From positions 41,540,001 through 41,604,000 of the forward strand of contig OX597828.1 of NCBI GenBank assembly GCA_951406725.2: DNA of 64,000 nt. The letters are read 5' to 3'. The notes below the pieces were generated by a model that was not told where the DNA came from, ran no database searches, and worked only from the letters and a program-made list of their open reading frames with translations. The number at the start of each line of letters is the position of its first letter. Positions within the stretch are counted from its first letter, which is position 1. The stretch comes from Octopus vulgaris (lineage: Eukaryota). Of the stretch, positions 13,184 through 29,037 are shown in pieces. Both the position numbers and the translations under genes were made by a program.

Positions 13184-13447
13184 AGGGCACGTGGCTTAAG
13201 GTTGTGAGTTCGATTCCTGGTGGTGCGTTGTGTCCTTGAGCAAGACACTTTATTTCACGTTGTTCCAGTCCACTCAGATGAATTGTACCTGTATTTTAAA
13301 GGGCCAGCCTTATCACATCCTGTGTCACGCTGAATCTCCCCGAAGACTACGTTAAGGGTAGGTGTGTCTGTGGAGTGCTCAGCTACAATGATTTCACGTT
13401 GATCGGATCAACTGGAACCTGCATCGTCGTAACCGACGGAGTGCCAA
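13182..13447 (+). mobile_element. OR2-like CORE-type SINE with deletion in the head
   Basis: GTTCGATTCC B box, TTGTGTCCTTGAGCAAGACACTT body, tail GTAACCGACGGAGTGCC. Confidence 0.85.
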
Positions 13448-13454
13448 TTCACAC

Positions 13455-13503
<49 letters not shown>

Positions 13504-13509
13504 TGCGTG

Positions 13510-13697
13510 TGTTTGTGTGTCTGTTTTTGTAACCCCAACATCGCTTCACAACCGATGCTGGTGTGTTTACGTCCCCGGCAAAACAGACCGATAGAATAAG
13601 TACTAGGCTTACAAAGTATAAGTCCTGGGGTCGATTTGCTTGTCTAAAGGCGGTGCTCCAGCATGGCCGCAGTCAAATGACTGAAACAAGTAAAAGA

Positions 13698-13698
<1 letters not shown>
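13510..13698 (+). mobile_element. SINE family A, right half
   Basis: Tail similarity. Confidence 0.85.
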
Positions 13699-13736
<38 letters not shown>

Positions 13737-14489
13737 CACACACACACTCACATACACAAACACACACACATAACATATTAATAAAACCTGTTGAAACAAA
13801 ATATTACAGATTTCAGGAACAAGGAATCGTCAAAGAAGTCCATTGTTAAAGGATTATTCTCTTCTGCTGTCAAGCACATTCGAACTTTAGCATTCTATTT
13901 TCAAATTTGTTTTCTCTTTTCAATAGATTCGTTTGTTTGTTTTTTTCTTATTTCTTCCCTTCGTCTCTCCTTGAAAATACCTATTGTTGGTTCCTTCCTT
14001 CCTTCTTTTAATTTCCTCTAAAATCTTTCTCATGATTGAACTTTTTTTGTCTTCGTGTTCTGAACTCGTTGTTTCTTGTTTTGTGATCTGGCATCGTAGT
14101 TCGACGACGTAGCGCTAACAAATCTACATACATACATACATACATACATACATACATACATACATACATACATTCATACACACATACATACATACATTCA
14201 TACATACATACATACATACATACATACATACATACATACATACATACATACATACATACATACATACACACACACATACATACACACATACATACATGCA
14301 CACATACGTATATACACACGTAGGTTTATTACAGAGTCTTCTCTTTAACATCTGCTTCCTGTCTCTGATGCTTTCCTGATATTTTCTTTCAATCGTTTCT
14401 CTCTTTTGAATAAGTCTTTTATTCTTTCTGAACCTGGTTGACAATCGCAGGGGCAAAGACAATAGGTGAATGTAGAACATCGGCAAAAC

Positions 14490-14950
<461 letters not shown>

Positions 14951-15055
14951 TCTGTAGTAAAATATACAATATAACACTCATACACTTGTATACAGAGATA
15001 CATCCACGCAACATACATATGGTAATATATATATATATATATATATACACACACC

Positions 15056-15089
<34 letters not shown>

Positions 15090-15232
15090 GTATATATATA
15101 CAGAGCACACACATTTATACATATATATACACAACACACACATATATACATAGAAACACACACATCTACCACACACATCTATACACATATATTTATTATG
15201 ATTATATACATATTTTGAATATGTGTGCGTGT

Positions 15233-15279
<47 letters not shown>

Positions 15280-16060
15280 TATATATATATACATAGACAC
15301 ACTCACACACATAACCTAACATACCAATAACAACACCGACCTGACGAAACACAAATAAATATTAGATAAAAATCAAATATTTACGCGAAAAAAAAAACAA
15401 CCTCCACACAAATGAAATAAAATAAGAAACACAGAACAACAAACAAAAGCCTTCGCTAATTATTTTGAAATTTGCACACTTCGCAAGGATTGCTTTAAAT
15501 GCATTCAGTTCCCTCCCTTTTCGCTCTGTCTGCTTGTCTCGCTCTCTCTGTGTCTCTCTCATGCTGTCACTTATAAATAATACCGTATTGTTTACCCCTG
15601 TTATTTTGTTGTATGTATTACATAGTTTCAATTCTCATTTGTTTTTCGTTTTGTTTTTTTCTGTATTTCGTTCGTTTCCTTGTAGTTAGTTACCTTTTTG
15701 TTTTGGAACCATACGTATGTACATTCGTAACATGCTGACTACGTGGAATGTATGTTTTTTTTTCTTTATTTTTTGCACCGGGAGCTGTGACGTCATCTGT
15801 TGACACACAAATAACATACATCAATTTTTTTCTAAATGTAATACTGTTTAGATAGATTGATACGATTTTTAAATGTAACACTGGTTCTTATTTCATCGAC
15901 CTCGAAAGGATGAAAGGTAAATTCGACCTCAGCGGAATTTGAACTGAAAGCCTGAAAAATTTACGAAATGCTGCTCATCATTCTGCCCGGCATGCATATA
16001 TACGTGGGTGAATACAATGTTTGTTACGATATGTCAGTCACAATGACACACACTCTCTCC

Positions 16061-16098
<38 letters not shown>

Positions 16099-16305
16099 AT
16101 CTGTCTCTCACTCTACACACAGGTACATCAACTGGTGGCAGTAATGAGAGTGGTTGAGTAGCTGATATCGGCCAGGATCGGAAGAAATAAGGAAGTAGTC
16201 ACTTTATAACATACATACATACATACATACATACATACATACATGTGTGTGTGTATATATATATATATATGAATAAATAAATAAGCAACAGGATACCCAG
16301 AGGTG

Positions 16306-16393
16306 ATGCAGTACGACCGTTTCAAGCGGCTCCATTTAATGGAACAATGCAAGCATTACATCAATTTAAATGTAGGGCTATCCTCAGCTGAAT
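16306..16393 (-). ncRNA. Type I hammerhead-ribozyme-like motif with long stem II
   Basis: Minus strand ATTCAG-CTGAGGA-T-AGC..(hairpin)..GCT-T-GAAA-C-GGTC-G-TA-CTGCAT; canonical core, GUA cleavage triplet. Confidence 0.6.
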
Positions 16394-17303
16394 AAGTAAA
16401 TAAATAGAATTTTTTTTAATCAGTCGGACACAATAATATAATTTTACTTAAATACTCTAATAGAGTAATATATGTGCGTGCGCGTGTATGTGCACGTAGG
16501 ATAGTCGATTAAATAGACCCCAGTGCTCAACTGGTACTTATTTCATCGACTCCGAAAGGATGAAAGGCAAATTCAACCTCAGCGGAATTTGAACAGTGAG
16601 CCGTAAAGACTTACAAAATGGCGCTAATCATTCTGCCTGGCGAGCAAACGATTCTTCCAACTCGCTGTCTGTTGGTTTCGTGTTTTGGCACAAGGCCAGC
16701 AGGTTCGGTGGAAGAGTTAAAACAATCACATCAATTGCAGTGTTCAGCTGGTACTTATTTTTATTGCACCGAAATTCAGAACGTTAAAAGCCGGACGAAA
16801 TGCTATCAGTCATTTTGTTCGGCGTGCTAACGATACTGTCAGCTCGCAGCCTTATTTAAATTTGTAATACAAACACGAAACGGTTTGAAAGATAGTTCAG
16901 CAACGGATCATAAAAGTGTTGATGAAAATATAACGGAAATACTGTTAACTCTAAAGATTGTGATATGTTGACGGGGTAACATGGAAAATGTGTTTCTGTG
17001 CACCATATTTGAAGACATGGCATATAAAACACATTGTCTTACTAAAATGTGTCTCAAAAAATCACTTATAATAAAACAGAGTGTCTTATATACCATGCCT
17101 TCAAATATGGCGCATGCAGATGCATATTCCATGTTACCTCGTTTATACATCACAATCTTTGAGTTAGCAGTATTTCCGTTATGTGTGTATGTGTGTGTGT
17201 GTGTGTGTGGAATCATTATTGCCAAGACATAAGAAAATTTGTTTCAACACACGAAACACGAATTCCCATCAAAACTCTTGGAAACCAAATGAAAAAAACG
17301 AAG

Positions 17304-17385
<82 letters not shown>

Positions 17386-17421
17386 ACTATCCGTCTACAG
17401 ACCTACCTACCTAGCTCCCTA

Positions 17422-17463
<42 letters not shown>

Positions 17464-17552
17464 CATACATACATACATACATACATACATACATACATAC
17501 ACACATACATATGTATATATAGAGCCCAAGCGTCTTTTATGCCATCAAATAC

Positions 17553-17585
<33 letters not shown>

Positions 17586-18376
17586 AACAGACAGATAGAG
17601 AGAGAGAGAGGGAGAGAGAGACAGACAGAGACAAAGAGATTTGTGAGACTGACAGACAGAGACGGAGAGATTGTATGTGTGCATCTGTGCGTGTGTGTGC
17701 GCGTGTGAGTGTGTGTGTGAGAGAGAGAGTGAGTGAGAGTTTGTAAGCGATGATGAAAATAGTATAAAAATGAGTGAATAGTATAAAATGTAAATGAAGA
17801 CAGCATAAGAAATACGCCATACACACAGAAATATAAATGTGTGTGAGTGTGTTTGTGTGCCTAACACCCGCACACTTATAGAAGTGAGTTGTTCCATCCC
17901 TCATCCCCTTTCAGCAATCATTTATCTCCGAATCCCCTCAAACGAGAACAAGCAGACGACACAAAAAGATGGCCTCCAATAACAAGAACTGTTTCGGAAA
18001 GATAATCTGTTTAGTGGTTGATGGTGTCGTCTGCTCTTTAAATATATTCACATTAATAGTTTTGGCCTACATTTATTAAATCAGGACCATTGTCATCTTA
18101 TAATCACAGCCAGTGTCGTCAAGATGACGGAGCAAAAACAATAACCGATTTGTCAACTTTGCTTGTTGACGTTGATAAATAGCCATATTGGTGTATATGA
18201 GAGTCAGTCATTTAACTGGTAGTCGATGTTTACATACATAACATATGAAGTTGATTTTGTAGTTTCTGTTGTCTTGTCTTTACCAAAGCAGGCACACATA
18301 CACACACACACACACATGTACATATGTACACGCATGCATACATACATACATACATATATATATATATGTATGTGTG

Positions 18377-18567
<191 letters not shown>

Positions 18568-18672
18568 CAGATACAGCGACACAGACACAGAGACACACAC
18601 ACATGCAAGTATGTATGTATGTATGTATCTATATGTCTATCTATCTATGTATATATGTATGTGTGTATATAT

Positions 18673-18705
<33 letters not shown>

Positions 18706-19061
18706 CGTGCATACATATATCATAAATATGTGTGTATGTGTGCATGTGTGTAGGTATATGTACAGAGTAAACAATAATTAATTGTTGTATTGTCTAATGT
18801 ATTGAGAGACAGGATTGGTAAACAAAACAAATAGAGAAGGAAAAAGAAACAAGAAACAAGGAACAAAATCTCGAAGACAAAAGATAAACAGAAACTAAAA
18901 GAAAGCATAAAATGTGACAGAGTCACATCATTATCGCTGTCAGATGGAACCCAGAAGACAACTTGCTATTGGTAGATGAATAAATATGGCATTAGTTTAG
19001 TATAACATGGAATCTAGAAAATAACTGGTGTTGGTTAATGGTCAAACATCGTATGTATCAC

Positions 19062-19362
19062 TGGCACTCCGTCGAATACGACGTCGAGGGTTCCAGTTGA
19101 TCAGATCAATGGAACAGCCTGCTCATGAAATTAATGTGCATGTGGCTGAGTACTCCGCAGACACGCGTACCCTTAACGTAGTTCTCAGGGAGACTCAGCG
19201 TGACACAGAGTGTGACAAGGCTGACCCTTTTGAAATGCAGGTGCAACCCATTTTTGCCAGCTGAGTGGACTTGAATAACGAGAAATAAAGTGTCTTGCTC
19301 AAGGACACAACGCGTCGCCGGAAATTGAACTCATGACCTCGCGATCGTGAACCGAATACCCG
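19062..19362 (-). mobile_element. OR2-like CORE-type SINE
   Basis: Matches 53782-54118. Confidence 0.85.
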
Positions 19363-19470
19363 TCATTAGCGTATCACTATCATTTCTTGAAGGCATCTCG
19401 TAAAATATTGACATTGGTTCCTGGTTAAATATTGCATCACTGTCATTGCTTGATGTAACCTAGAAGATTA

Positions 19471-20428
19471 CAGCAACCCCCGATTATCGCGGGTGTTACG
19501 ACCCCCCCCCCCCCCCCGCGCAATAGGCGAAAATCCGCGAAGTAGAAACAGTACTGTACTGTATACATATATATGTATTATTTTTATAATTTGTGTATAT
19601 TTATTTTATTATAAATACAAAACACCACGGAGGAATCGACGTAAGCTTAAACAATAAGCCACGATAGGTAAGACGGCGAGCTGGCAGAAACGTTAGCCCA
19701 CCGGGCGAAATGCGTAGCCGTATTTCGTCTGCCGTTACGTTCTGAGTTCAAATTCCACCGAGGCCAGCTTTGCCTTTCATCCTTTTGGGGTCGATAAATT
19801 AAGTACCAGTTACGTACTGGGGTCGATATAATCGGTTTAATCCGTTTGTCTGTCCTTGTTTGTCCTCACTGTATTTAGCCCCTTGTGGGTAGTAAAGAAA
19901 TAGGTATTTCGACTGCCGCTACGTTCTGAGTTCAAATTCCGCCGAGGTCGACTTTGCCTTTCATCCTTTCGGGGTCGATAAATTAAGTACCAGTTACGCA
20001 CTGGGGTCGATGTAATCGACTTAATTCGTTTGTCTGTCCTTGTTTGTCCCCTCTATGTTTAGCCTCTTGTGGGCAATAAGAAAATAAGAAACGTTAACAC
20101 GCCGGGTGAAATGCCTAACAGTATTTTGTCTGTCTGGGGTCGATATAATCGATTTAATCCGTTTGTCTGTTCTTGTTTGTCCTCTCTGTGTTTAGCCACT
20201 TGTAGTTAGTAAAGAAATAGGTATTTTGTCTGTCTTTACGTTCTTAGTTCAAATTCCGCCGAGGTCGACTTTACCTTTCATCCTTTTGGAGTTGATAAAT
20301 TAAGTACGATTTGCGTACTGGGTCGATCTAATCGACTGGCCCCCTCCCCCAAAATTTAGGGCTTGTACCTAGTGTAGAAAAGAATAAACTGCGATAGGTG
20401 AATCACGATATGGTAAGAGGTTACACTA
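19471..20428. mobile_element. Tigger/pogo-like MITE interrupted by a SINE B multimer
   Basis: TA-CAGCAACCCCCGATTATCGCGG left end; degenerate inverted right end CACGATATGGTAAGAGGTTACACTA. Confidence 0.55.
19670..20382 (+). mobile_element. SINE family B multimer (about four internal units, one partly deleted)
   Basis: Head plus repeated GGTATTTCG...GGGGTCGATAAATTAAGTAC units; diverged 17-bp TSD AATAAGCCACGATAGGT / AATAAACTGCGATAGGT. Confidence 0.9.
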
Positions 20429-20896
20429 CTAACTGTCGATGGTTAGTTGTGCATCTGTATCATTGTTAGATGTAAGCTAGAAGAAAAATACTAATATTAA
20501 TGGATGGGCAAGTATTGAACCTTTGTTAGCTTAATAGCGGAAAGCTGGCTGAATCGTTATAGCATCAGGGGAGAAATATACTGCGTAGTCTTTGTTCCAG
20601 ACCTTTACGTTCTGAGATCAAATCCTGCTGAAGCTAACGTTGTATTTCATTTTCCGAGAGGATCAAAAGCAGAGTTTGAATAAAAGAGGTGATGTTCTTG
20701 CCAAGCTTACCGCTACGGGGTTTTCTCTTATCCCTTAGTACACAGATTAGTTTGTCAAATATAAGGCTTATTCGAATTCATGGTCCTAGGTTCAGTCTCA
20801 TGGCGCGGCACCTCGGGCCGACTAAAGCCTTGAATTCATCGTACATTACGCAGCAGCTTCGGGCTTTTGATGATACGATTCTTTTCATTTTTTTTT

Positions 20897-21103
20897 CATC
20901 TTTTACTTGTTTCAGTCATTAGACTGCGGCAATGCTGGGACATCGCCTTGAAGTGCTTTAATCAAATAAATCGATCTCGGTAGCTTTTAAAAACCTGGTA
21001 CTTATTCTCTCGGCCTTTTCTGCCGAACCGCTAAGTCACGGAGACGTAAACACACCAACACCGGTTGTCAAGGGGTGATGGAAGACAAACACAGACACAA
21101 ACA

Positions 21104-21147
<44 letters not shown>

Positions 21148-21305
21148 TGACGGGCTTCTTTCAGTTTCCGTCTACTAAATCTACTCACAAGGATTTAGTC
21201 GGCCCGAGGCTACAGTGGAAAACACTTGCCCAAGGTGCCACGCAATGAGATTGAACCCGGGACCATGAGGTTGGGAAACAAACTTCTTACCACTCATGGC
21301 CTCGC
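20897..21305 (-). mobile_element. SINE family A
   Basis: Similarity to consensus. Confidence 0.85.
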
Positions 21306-22152
21306 CAATTTTTAGAATGACAGTGTAGGGCAGGTATGAGAGGCTGGTTCTGGTCAGTTTGAACATAAAACAGGTGCAATATTTTAGGCCAAGCATGACT
21401 GGTTTAAATGCTTAAGAGTCAAAGCTAACAATCAATAGATTTGCCAATGTTCTTCCTCCTTACAAAGACTGCATGCTTTATTGTAAAATAGCCTTTTTTT
21501 TTAATATCCTGTTTAACGTCGGCAAAAAGAAAAGAGCGTTCGTTCTTGTTTGAAATTTTAGGGTCTTCCATTTTGTTTTTTTTACAAATCAAGAAGAAAA
21601 TATTTACTTTGTAAATCAAAGTGTTTTGTTTTTTGTCTGCAAACAGGGGAAAAATGATGCAAGCAAACAATTAATTAACTTTCTATGTAGTAATTAGGCA
21701 TTAAATTAAACAGTTTCCCCACTTATGCTCGGTAAATTCACGAATTTGGAAGAGCGACGTGTAACAGGGGTATTAGTGGCAACGATGATGGTAGTAGTGG
21801 TGATGGTAGTGACTAGTAATAATGGTGATGATAATGATGATGGTTGTGGTGATGGTGGTGATGGGGGTGATGATGATGATGACAGCGGTGGTGAGCTAGA
21901 CGGTGATAATAGCGGCGATGATGGTATTGGAGGTGGTGGTAAATGTAATAATCTTGGTGGTGGTGGTGGTGGTGGTGGTTGTGGTGATTGTGGTGGTATT
22001 GGCGTTGGTGCTTGTAGAAATGGTGGTGGCACTGGTGGTTGATTGTTGTGGTAATGTGATGGTAGAGGTAGTAGTGGTGATAGTAGATGTTGCGGTGGTG
22101 GTGACGGTGGTGTTGTTGGTGGAGTTAATCGTTGAATGATAGTGGTGGTGTC

Positions 22153-22540
22153 GGTGGTCGAGAAGAAGAGGAAGGAGGAGGAAGGAAAGAAGAAGAAGAA
22201 GAAGAAGAAGAAGAAGGAGAAGAAGAAGAAGAAGAAGAAGAAGAAGAAGAGGTGGAAGAGGTGGAAGGAGGGAAAGAAGAAGGAAGACGAAGGAGGAGAA
22301 GAAAAAAGAGGGAAAAGAAGGAGTAGTGGTCGAGAAGAAGAGGAAGGAGGAGGAAGGAAAGAAGAAGAAGAAGAAGAAGAAGAAGAAGAAGAAGAAGAAG
22401 AAGAAGAAGAAGAAAAGGAGGTGGAAGAGGTGGAAGGAGGGAAAGAAGAAGGAAGACGAAGGAGGAGAAGAAAAAAGAGGGAAAAGAAGGAGTAGAAGAA
22501 GGACAGAAGAGGCGGAGGAAGAAGGAGAAGAACAAAGACA
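22153..22540. repeat. Polypurine (GAA)n-rich block containing a ~170-bp tandem duplication
   Basis: GTGGTCGAGAAGAAGAGG...GAAAAGAAGGAGTAG occurs twice head to tail. Confidence 0.9.
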
Positions 22541-22775
22541 GTGAAAGTCACAGAGGAAAGCAGAAAAGCGGAACCGAAGAGAAATGAAAGACAAATGGTG
22601 AAGCGGTGGCGGTGGCGGTGGTGTTGGTGTTGGTTAGGGAATAACTGAGAGATGAAGCATAATAATACTTAAAGACAGAATATATTTGATTTGTTTACGC
22701 CAATAAACCAAGTCAAACATTTTGTTGGCTTGTTTCTTTCATTTTTTATTCTTGGCTTTCGTTATTTGTCGAGTA

Positions 22776-22841
<66 letters not shown>

Positions 22842-23109
22842 GCATTCTTTTTTCTGTCTATGTTCCATTGTTGAGGTTACAAAAAGTCAGATTTTACTAA
22901 ATCAACAAAAACAGCAACAACAACAACAACAACAACAAACGTTTGACGGTTATCATCATCGTCATCATCATCATCATAAACGGAATACGCAGCCCAGTAT
23001 ACTATTTGACATGCATAACATTTTGCTTTGAATACATGCTTTGTGTGTATTGCTATAGTTTTGTTGATTGCGTTATGTATTTCGCTATAATCTTCTTCTT
23101 TATAAGGTC

Positions 23110-23153
<44 letters not shown>

Positions 23154-23315
23154 ACAAAAACTTATAGTTCTTTCTCTACGCATTGTTGTTGTTGTTGTAT
23201 CTCTATAGGTTTGTTTTCATGTATACAACTGTTATGTGTTTGTATGTTAGTTATCTTGTCTTGCTGTGTTTACAAATACACACACACACATATATGTATA
23301 CACATATATAAATAC

Positions 23316-23409
<94 letters not shown>

Positions 23410-23413
23410 CATA

Positions 23414-23481
<68 letters not shown>

Positions 23482-23832
23482 TCTCTTTCAAGTAGACAGA
23501 TTCAGCGAAATATCTTTAGTTCAATAGAAAACCTGCCTGTTTGATCATGTCACTTCTTGAGTCTCGATTGCAATGTCTTGGGAAATATATTAAAAACATC
23601 TCCGCCGTTCTACTTGACATTTTCTTTCTTTTTTATTCTCGTTCTCTTATGCGTTCCTCTTCCTCTTCTTCCTCTTCTCCTCCCGCCTCCTTCCTCCTCC
23701 TTCTCCTGCTCCTGCTCCTCCTCTTCATCTCCCCCTCTTCCAACCGCTGCCTCCTACTTCTTTGTTATCTTCTATCTCTCTTTTCCTTTAGTTATATATA
23801 ATATACATAACTTTGCACAGACATTATATATA

Positions 23833-23942
<110 letters not shown>

Positions 23943-23993
23943 TGTATGTTTTATATATATTTATAAATACATACATACATACTTACATAATAC

Positions 23994-24060
<67 letters not shown>

Positions 24061-24124
24061 CATATATGTGTTTTATATATATATTTATAAATACATACAT
24101 GCATACATACATACATACATACAT

Positions 24125-24155
<31 letters not shown>

Positions 24156-24438
24156 AATACATAAATACATATTTATGCATATATATGTATTTATATATCT
24201 TTATATGTGTGTGTGTGTGTGTGTGTGTGCAATATTACATATAAGCTTTGTATGTATTGTATATATCATATATCTGCAAGGCTTTTGTCATCTCTCCTTT
24301 CTTCTTCCTCTTCTTCTTACTATTAGTATTCTTGTTATTTTTTTTTGTTTCTCTTCACTATGTTCTGCAAACAAAAACGTGAGTGAGAAAAACAACAATT
24401 GTGATAACTATAATAACAATAATAACAACAACAACAAC

Positions 24439-24479
<41 letters not shown>

Positions 24480-24516
24480 TAACAATAACAATAATAATAA
24501 TAATAATAATAACAAC

Positions 24517-24569
<53 letters not shown>

Positions 24570-24871
24570 TAATAATAAGAGTAATACGTATTTTTGTAGT
24601 AATTATTAGATACATGCGTATTTGTACATTTGTATATATATAGCCTTATAAGAGTGTTGTATCTGCACATATATACATATATATCTAAATTATGTCTGTA
24701 TACAAATGCACACATTTGTGTGTGCTTGAGTGTGTGTGAGCATATGTATGCTTCCCTATGTATGTGTGTTTGTAAATGTTTGTATGCAGGTGTGTGTATT
24801 CGTGTATAGCCACATACACATCACATACAGATATGTATGTATGTATGTATACATTCTACTAGCTCGCTGCC

Positions 24872-24920
<49 letters not shown>

Positions 24921-24969
24921 TAATAATAATATTAATAATAATAATAATGATGAATGATTAATATTAATA

Positions 24970-25010
<41 letters not shown>

Positions 25011-25937
25011 AATAATAATAATAATCAGCATCATCATCATCATCATCATCACTACCACCACCGCCGCCGCCGCCACCACCGCCATTATCACCGCCGCCTT
25101 CATTATTATCATCACAATCATCAACATCATCATCATAGTTACCATCATCATCATCATCATTATCATCATTGACGTGTCATCATTATCGCATCAGCCTCAT
25201 CACGACAACCACACCACCAAAACCACCACCACCACGACGACGACGACGATCGACGACGATAACAACAACAACAACAGTTGCAATTCCAAAAGGAACAACA
25301 ACAACAACAACGAAAACAACACTAACCACTATAACAGCAATACTGACAACACGCAGAACAATAACAACTCTAATATCTATACTATACTAACAACAACAAC
25401 AACAACATAACAAGAAGAAGAAGAACAACAACAACAGCAGCAGCAACAACAACAACAGCAGCAATATAACAAGAACAAGAACAACAAAAAGATCAAGAAG
25501 TAAAGAATAAGCTGTATATTTACAAAGAATTATGTGTTATTTACCAAAATATGAGATGAGACGAAGCAGGGACGGAATTTTCAATAGTGACAACACGTAT
25601 ACGGAAACTTCTACGCACTTCTACACATACTCGCAGCTCCACCGCCTATCTTCAAACGCATACACAAACTCTTTCCATACACACACACACACACACATAC
25701 ACTTCCCCCTTGTATTCCCTTAATTACTCCTTACTCACGCCTCCGCACACTCTCCATAAAATTCCCTCCCATCCTTATCCCGCCTATATATTTCACATAA
25801 CTTCCTGCACACCTTACTCTCCCACGTGCTCCTTACGTACATATACTACCCTCAAACACTCCCTATATAAACACACGCACTCTCTCTCATACATATATAT
25901 ATATATATATATATTTATCTATGTATGTATATGTATG

Positions 25938-25969
<32 letters not shown>

Positions 25970-26022
25970 GTATGAGAGAGAGTGCGTGTATATATATATA
26001 TGTATTTATCTATGTATGTATG

Positions 26023-26083
<61 letters not shown>

Positions 26084-26533
26084 GCATACATGTATGCATA
26101 CTCTCTCCATACATAGCTCCCTTGCATACATAACAAACATGACATAATAAATAGAAAGCTAACATAATCAAGTCGAGAAAGTTCAATAGCAAAAAAGGAT
26201 GATTGGTATAGTGCATGCGTACGAGGTGGAGGTGGTGGTTGATTAGGTTGTTGTTGTCATGGTGGTGGTGGTAGTACGGTGGTGCTGATGAATGTGGTGA
26301 TGGGACGAAAGGAGATGATTGCGAGTTCTCTGGTAATGTCCTCCTCTTCATCCTCCTCCTCCCCACGTCATCATCGTCATCATCATCATCGTCGTCGTCA
26401 TCGTTATCGTTGTCCTTATGACCATCATCATCGTCAACGTTGTCGTCGTTGTCGTAATCATCATCATCCGTGTCGCCACCTTCCCATCCTCCTCCTTCTC
26501 CTCCTCACCACCTCCGACATCGCCGCCATCATC

Positions 26534-26576
<43 letters not shown>

Positions 26577-27360
26577 CCATCATCGTCGTCGTCGTCGTCG
26601 TCGTCGTCATCATCATCATCATCATCATATCCGTCATCGTCAACACCGTCTCGTTTTCCCTCGTCTTCTCTGTCGTCGACGCTCGTCGCCATTATTATCA
26701 GCACCATTTGTTATCAACCATTATTAAATGTCAAAATGTAATAATTAATCTGTTTCTGTTGTGTTGTGGCTGTCATCAGTTTGTTGACAAAAAGTCGAAA
26801 TCATTCAAATTTGGCCGACGCAATTTATATTTACTATTTGCTGTTAATCAACTTATTGAATGACCAAGGAAATGTCCGACACGGACTAAACTAGCCAGTC
26901 TGTGTGTGTAGTGATAAGGGACACCTGATAGTGTCTTTCTACAGTACCAAAGTATACAATTACTAGGAATATGAATCAGTCTTGTGACACCACATGACAA
27001 CACGGCACTACACATTCCCTTCCCATTTATTTGTATGTACTTGATAACCATTGGAGGGGCTTTGTACTGCTTTAATCTGTGCAGAATGGCCGGGTTTTCA
27101 AATTGGCAGAATCGTTAGTGAGTCAGACATAAAAGCCTTGCATCATTTATTCCGGTTCGCTATGAACTAAGTCCAAATCTTACGGAGGTTGACTCTACCT
27201 TCCGTCTTTCCAGTGTCTTACATAACAAAATGCCCGTCCTTGATGGAATGGCGAAATTGATAGGGTGTTGGGCAAGATGCTTTGCACTGCATGCTCTGGT
27301 TCACTGGAAACCTACTGAGGTCAGCTAAATTTTTCATCCCTTTCAGCGAATATATATTTA

Positions 27361-27479
<119 letters not shown>

Positions 27480-27519
27480 ATGTCTGTCCATCCGCCTGCC
27501 TGCCTGCCTGTCTGCCTGC

Positions 27520-27577
<58 letters not shown>

Positions 27578-27613
27578 ATATATATATATATATATACATA
27601 TATATATGTATAA

Positions 27614-27659
<46 letters not shown>

Positions 27660-27675
27660 GATAAAAAAATGTATG

Positions 27676-27713
<38 letters not shown>

Positions 27714-27822
27714 TATATTATACATATACATATATATATATGTTTACATGTATATATACAAACATGCATACATACATACATATATATATATATATACATA
27801 CATACATACATACATACATACA

Positions 27823-27856
<34 letters not shown>

Positions 27857-28059
27857 CATATATATACACAGGAGAAGTGTATTTGTAAGATATTTGAAGA
27901 CAGATTTATGTTTATAAAAAAAACAGGTATACAATAACAGATAATAAACTTTATTTATCAAAAAAATGCTCTGAGGATAAAAATAAACCTTTTCTATAAT
28001 GTTCTTCAATAAAGCCACCTTCAGCTTCAGCAAGTCTTTCTTTACGAGATCTTAATCAT

Positions 28060-28895
28060 CTACATGCTCGAATCAAGTGGCCCTGCTTCCTTTTCGACAT
28101 TACTCTGACTATGGCAGCTTTCATAGAATCTTTGGTGTTATGGGCGTGTTCACTGACCTCTCTCAACAACGCTCCACATGTAATAGTCTAATGGATTGAG
28201 ATCTGGGGAATTCGGAGGCCAAATGTTTGGGGTTATGAGATCATGAACATTTTTAGCCATCCATTCCTGTGTTATTAGAGCCATGTGTGATAGTGCAGTC
28301 TTACTGAAACACATATGGCCTTCCATTGCATACACCGTCTATCCAGGGCTTAACAATTATTTCCAGGACCTCAATGTAGCCGGCAGAGTTAACTCTAAGG
28401 CCTTGTGAAAAGAAGTAAGGAGGCATCACTTGTCCTTTATTGCTGACAACCCCTAAAACCATGACAGTTTCAGGAAATTTTGTATGCATAACACCTGGAA
28501 TTTCAGAAGGGTCTGCACATAACCATCTGTCATTTCTTCTGTTAACTTTCTGATCTTGGTCGGAGTTTTTCTTGTTTGAGAAAAACCGAATCAAATCTTC
28601 TGCTGGATTTTTCAGTTTGTTTAAGAGCCTTTTAGATCTGATGTAGTCACTTTCTTTTGCTTTTTCTGACAAATTGACCTTTCTCCATCATCTAAACCTT
28701 ATATCTGATCCCCTTCGTGGACAACATTTCTGACTGTTCCTTCTGACACATGGAGATATTTTGCAATTAACCTCATGGACTTTCTGGGATTGTAATCAAT
28801 GGTCTGTTGAACTTGCTGGATAAATTCAGGTGTTCTGATGATTTCAGAGCGTTTAGAATGTTTTTTTTATGCTTTGATACTGGTGATACGTTTCC
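28060..28895 (-). pseudogene. Decayed Tc1/mariner transposase, DD37D (maT/Bmmar1-like)
   Basis: FFSNKKNSDQDQKVNRRNDRW, VMVLGVVS, YVFQ*D then frameshift, then WPPNSPDLNPLDYYMW; 37 residues between 2nd and 3rd Asp after restoring the frame. Confidence 0.88.
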
Positions 28896-29037
28896 AAATC
28901 CACTCACAAGGCTGTGGTCAGCCTGAGGCTATAGTAGAAGACACTTGCCCAAGGTGCCACGCAGTGGAAATGAACCCGGAACTATGTGGTTGGTAAGCAA
29001 GCTACTTACCACATAGCCACACAGCCACTCCTGCACC

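Noticed and set aside
14330-14440. Possible minus-strand host exon (acceptor-like …CAACCAG|G, Lys/Arg-rich frame)
   Set aside because: No recognisable homology, no clear donor, composition explained by purine skew
17951-18035. 12-bp inverted repeat AGCAGACGACAC/GTGTCGTCTGCT
   Set aside because: No further pairing in the spacer; could be chance
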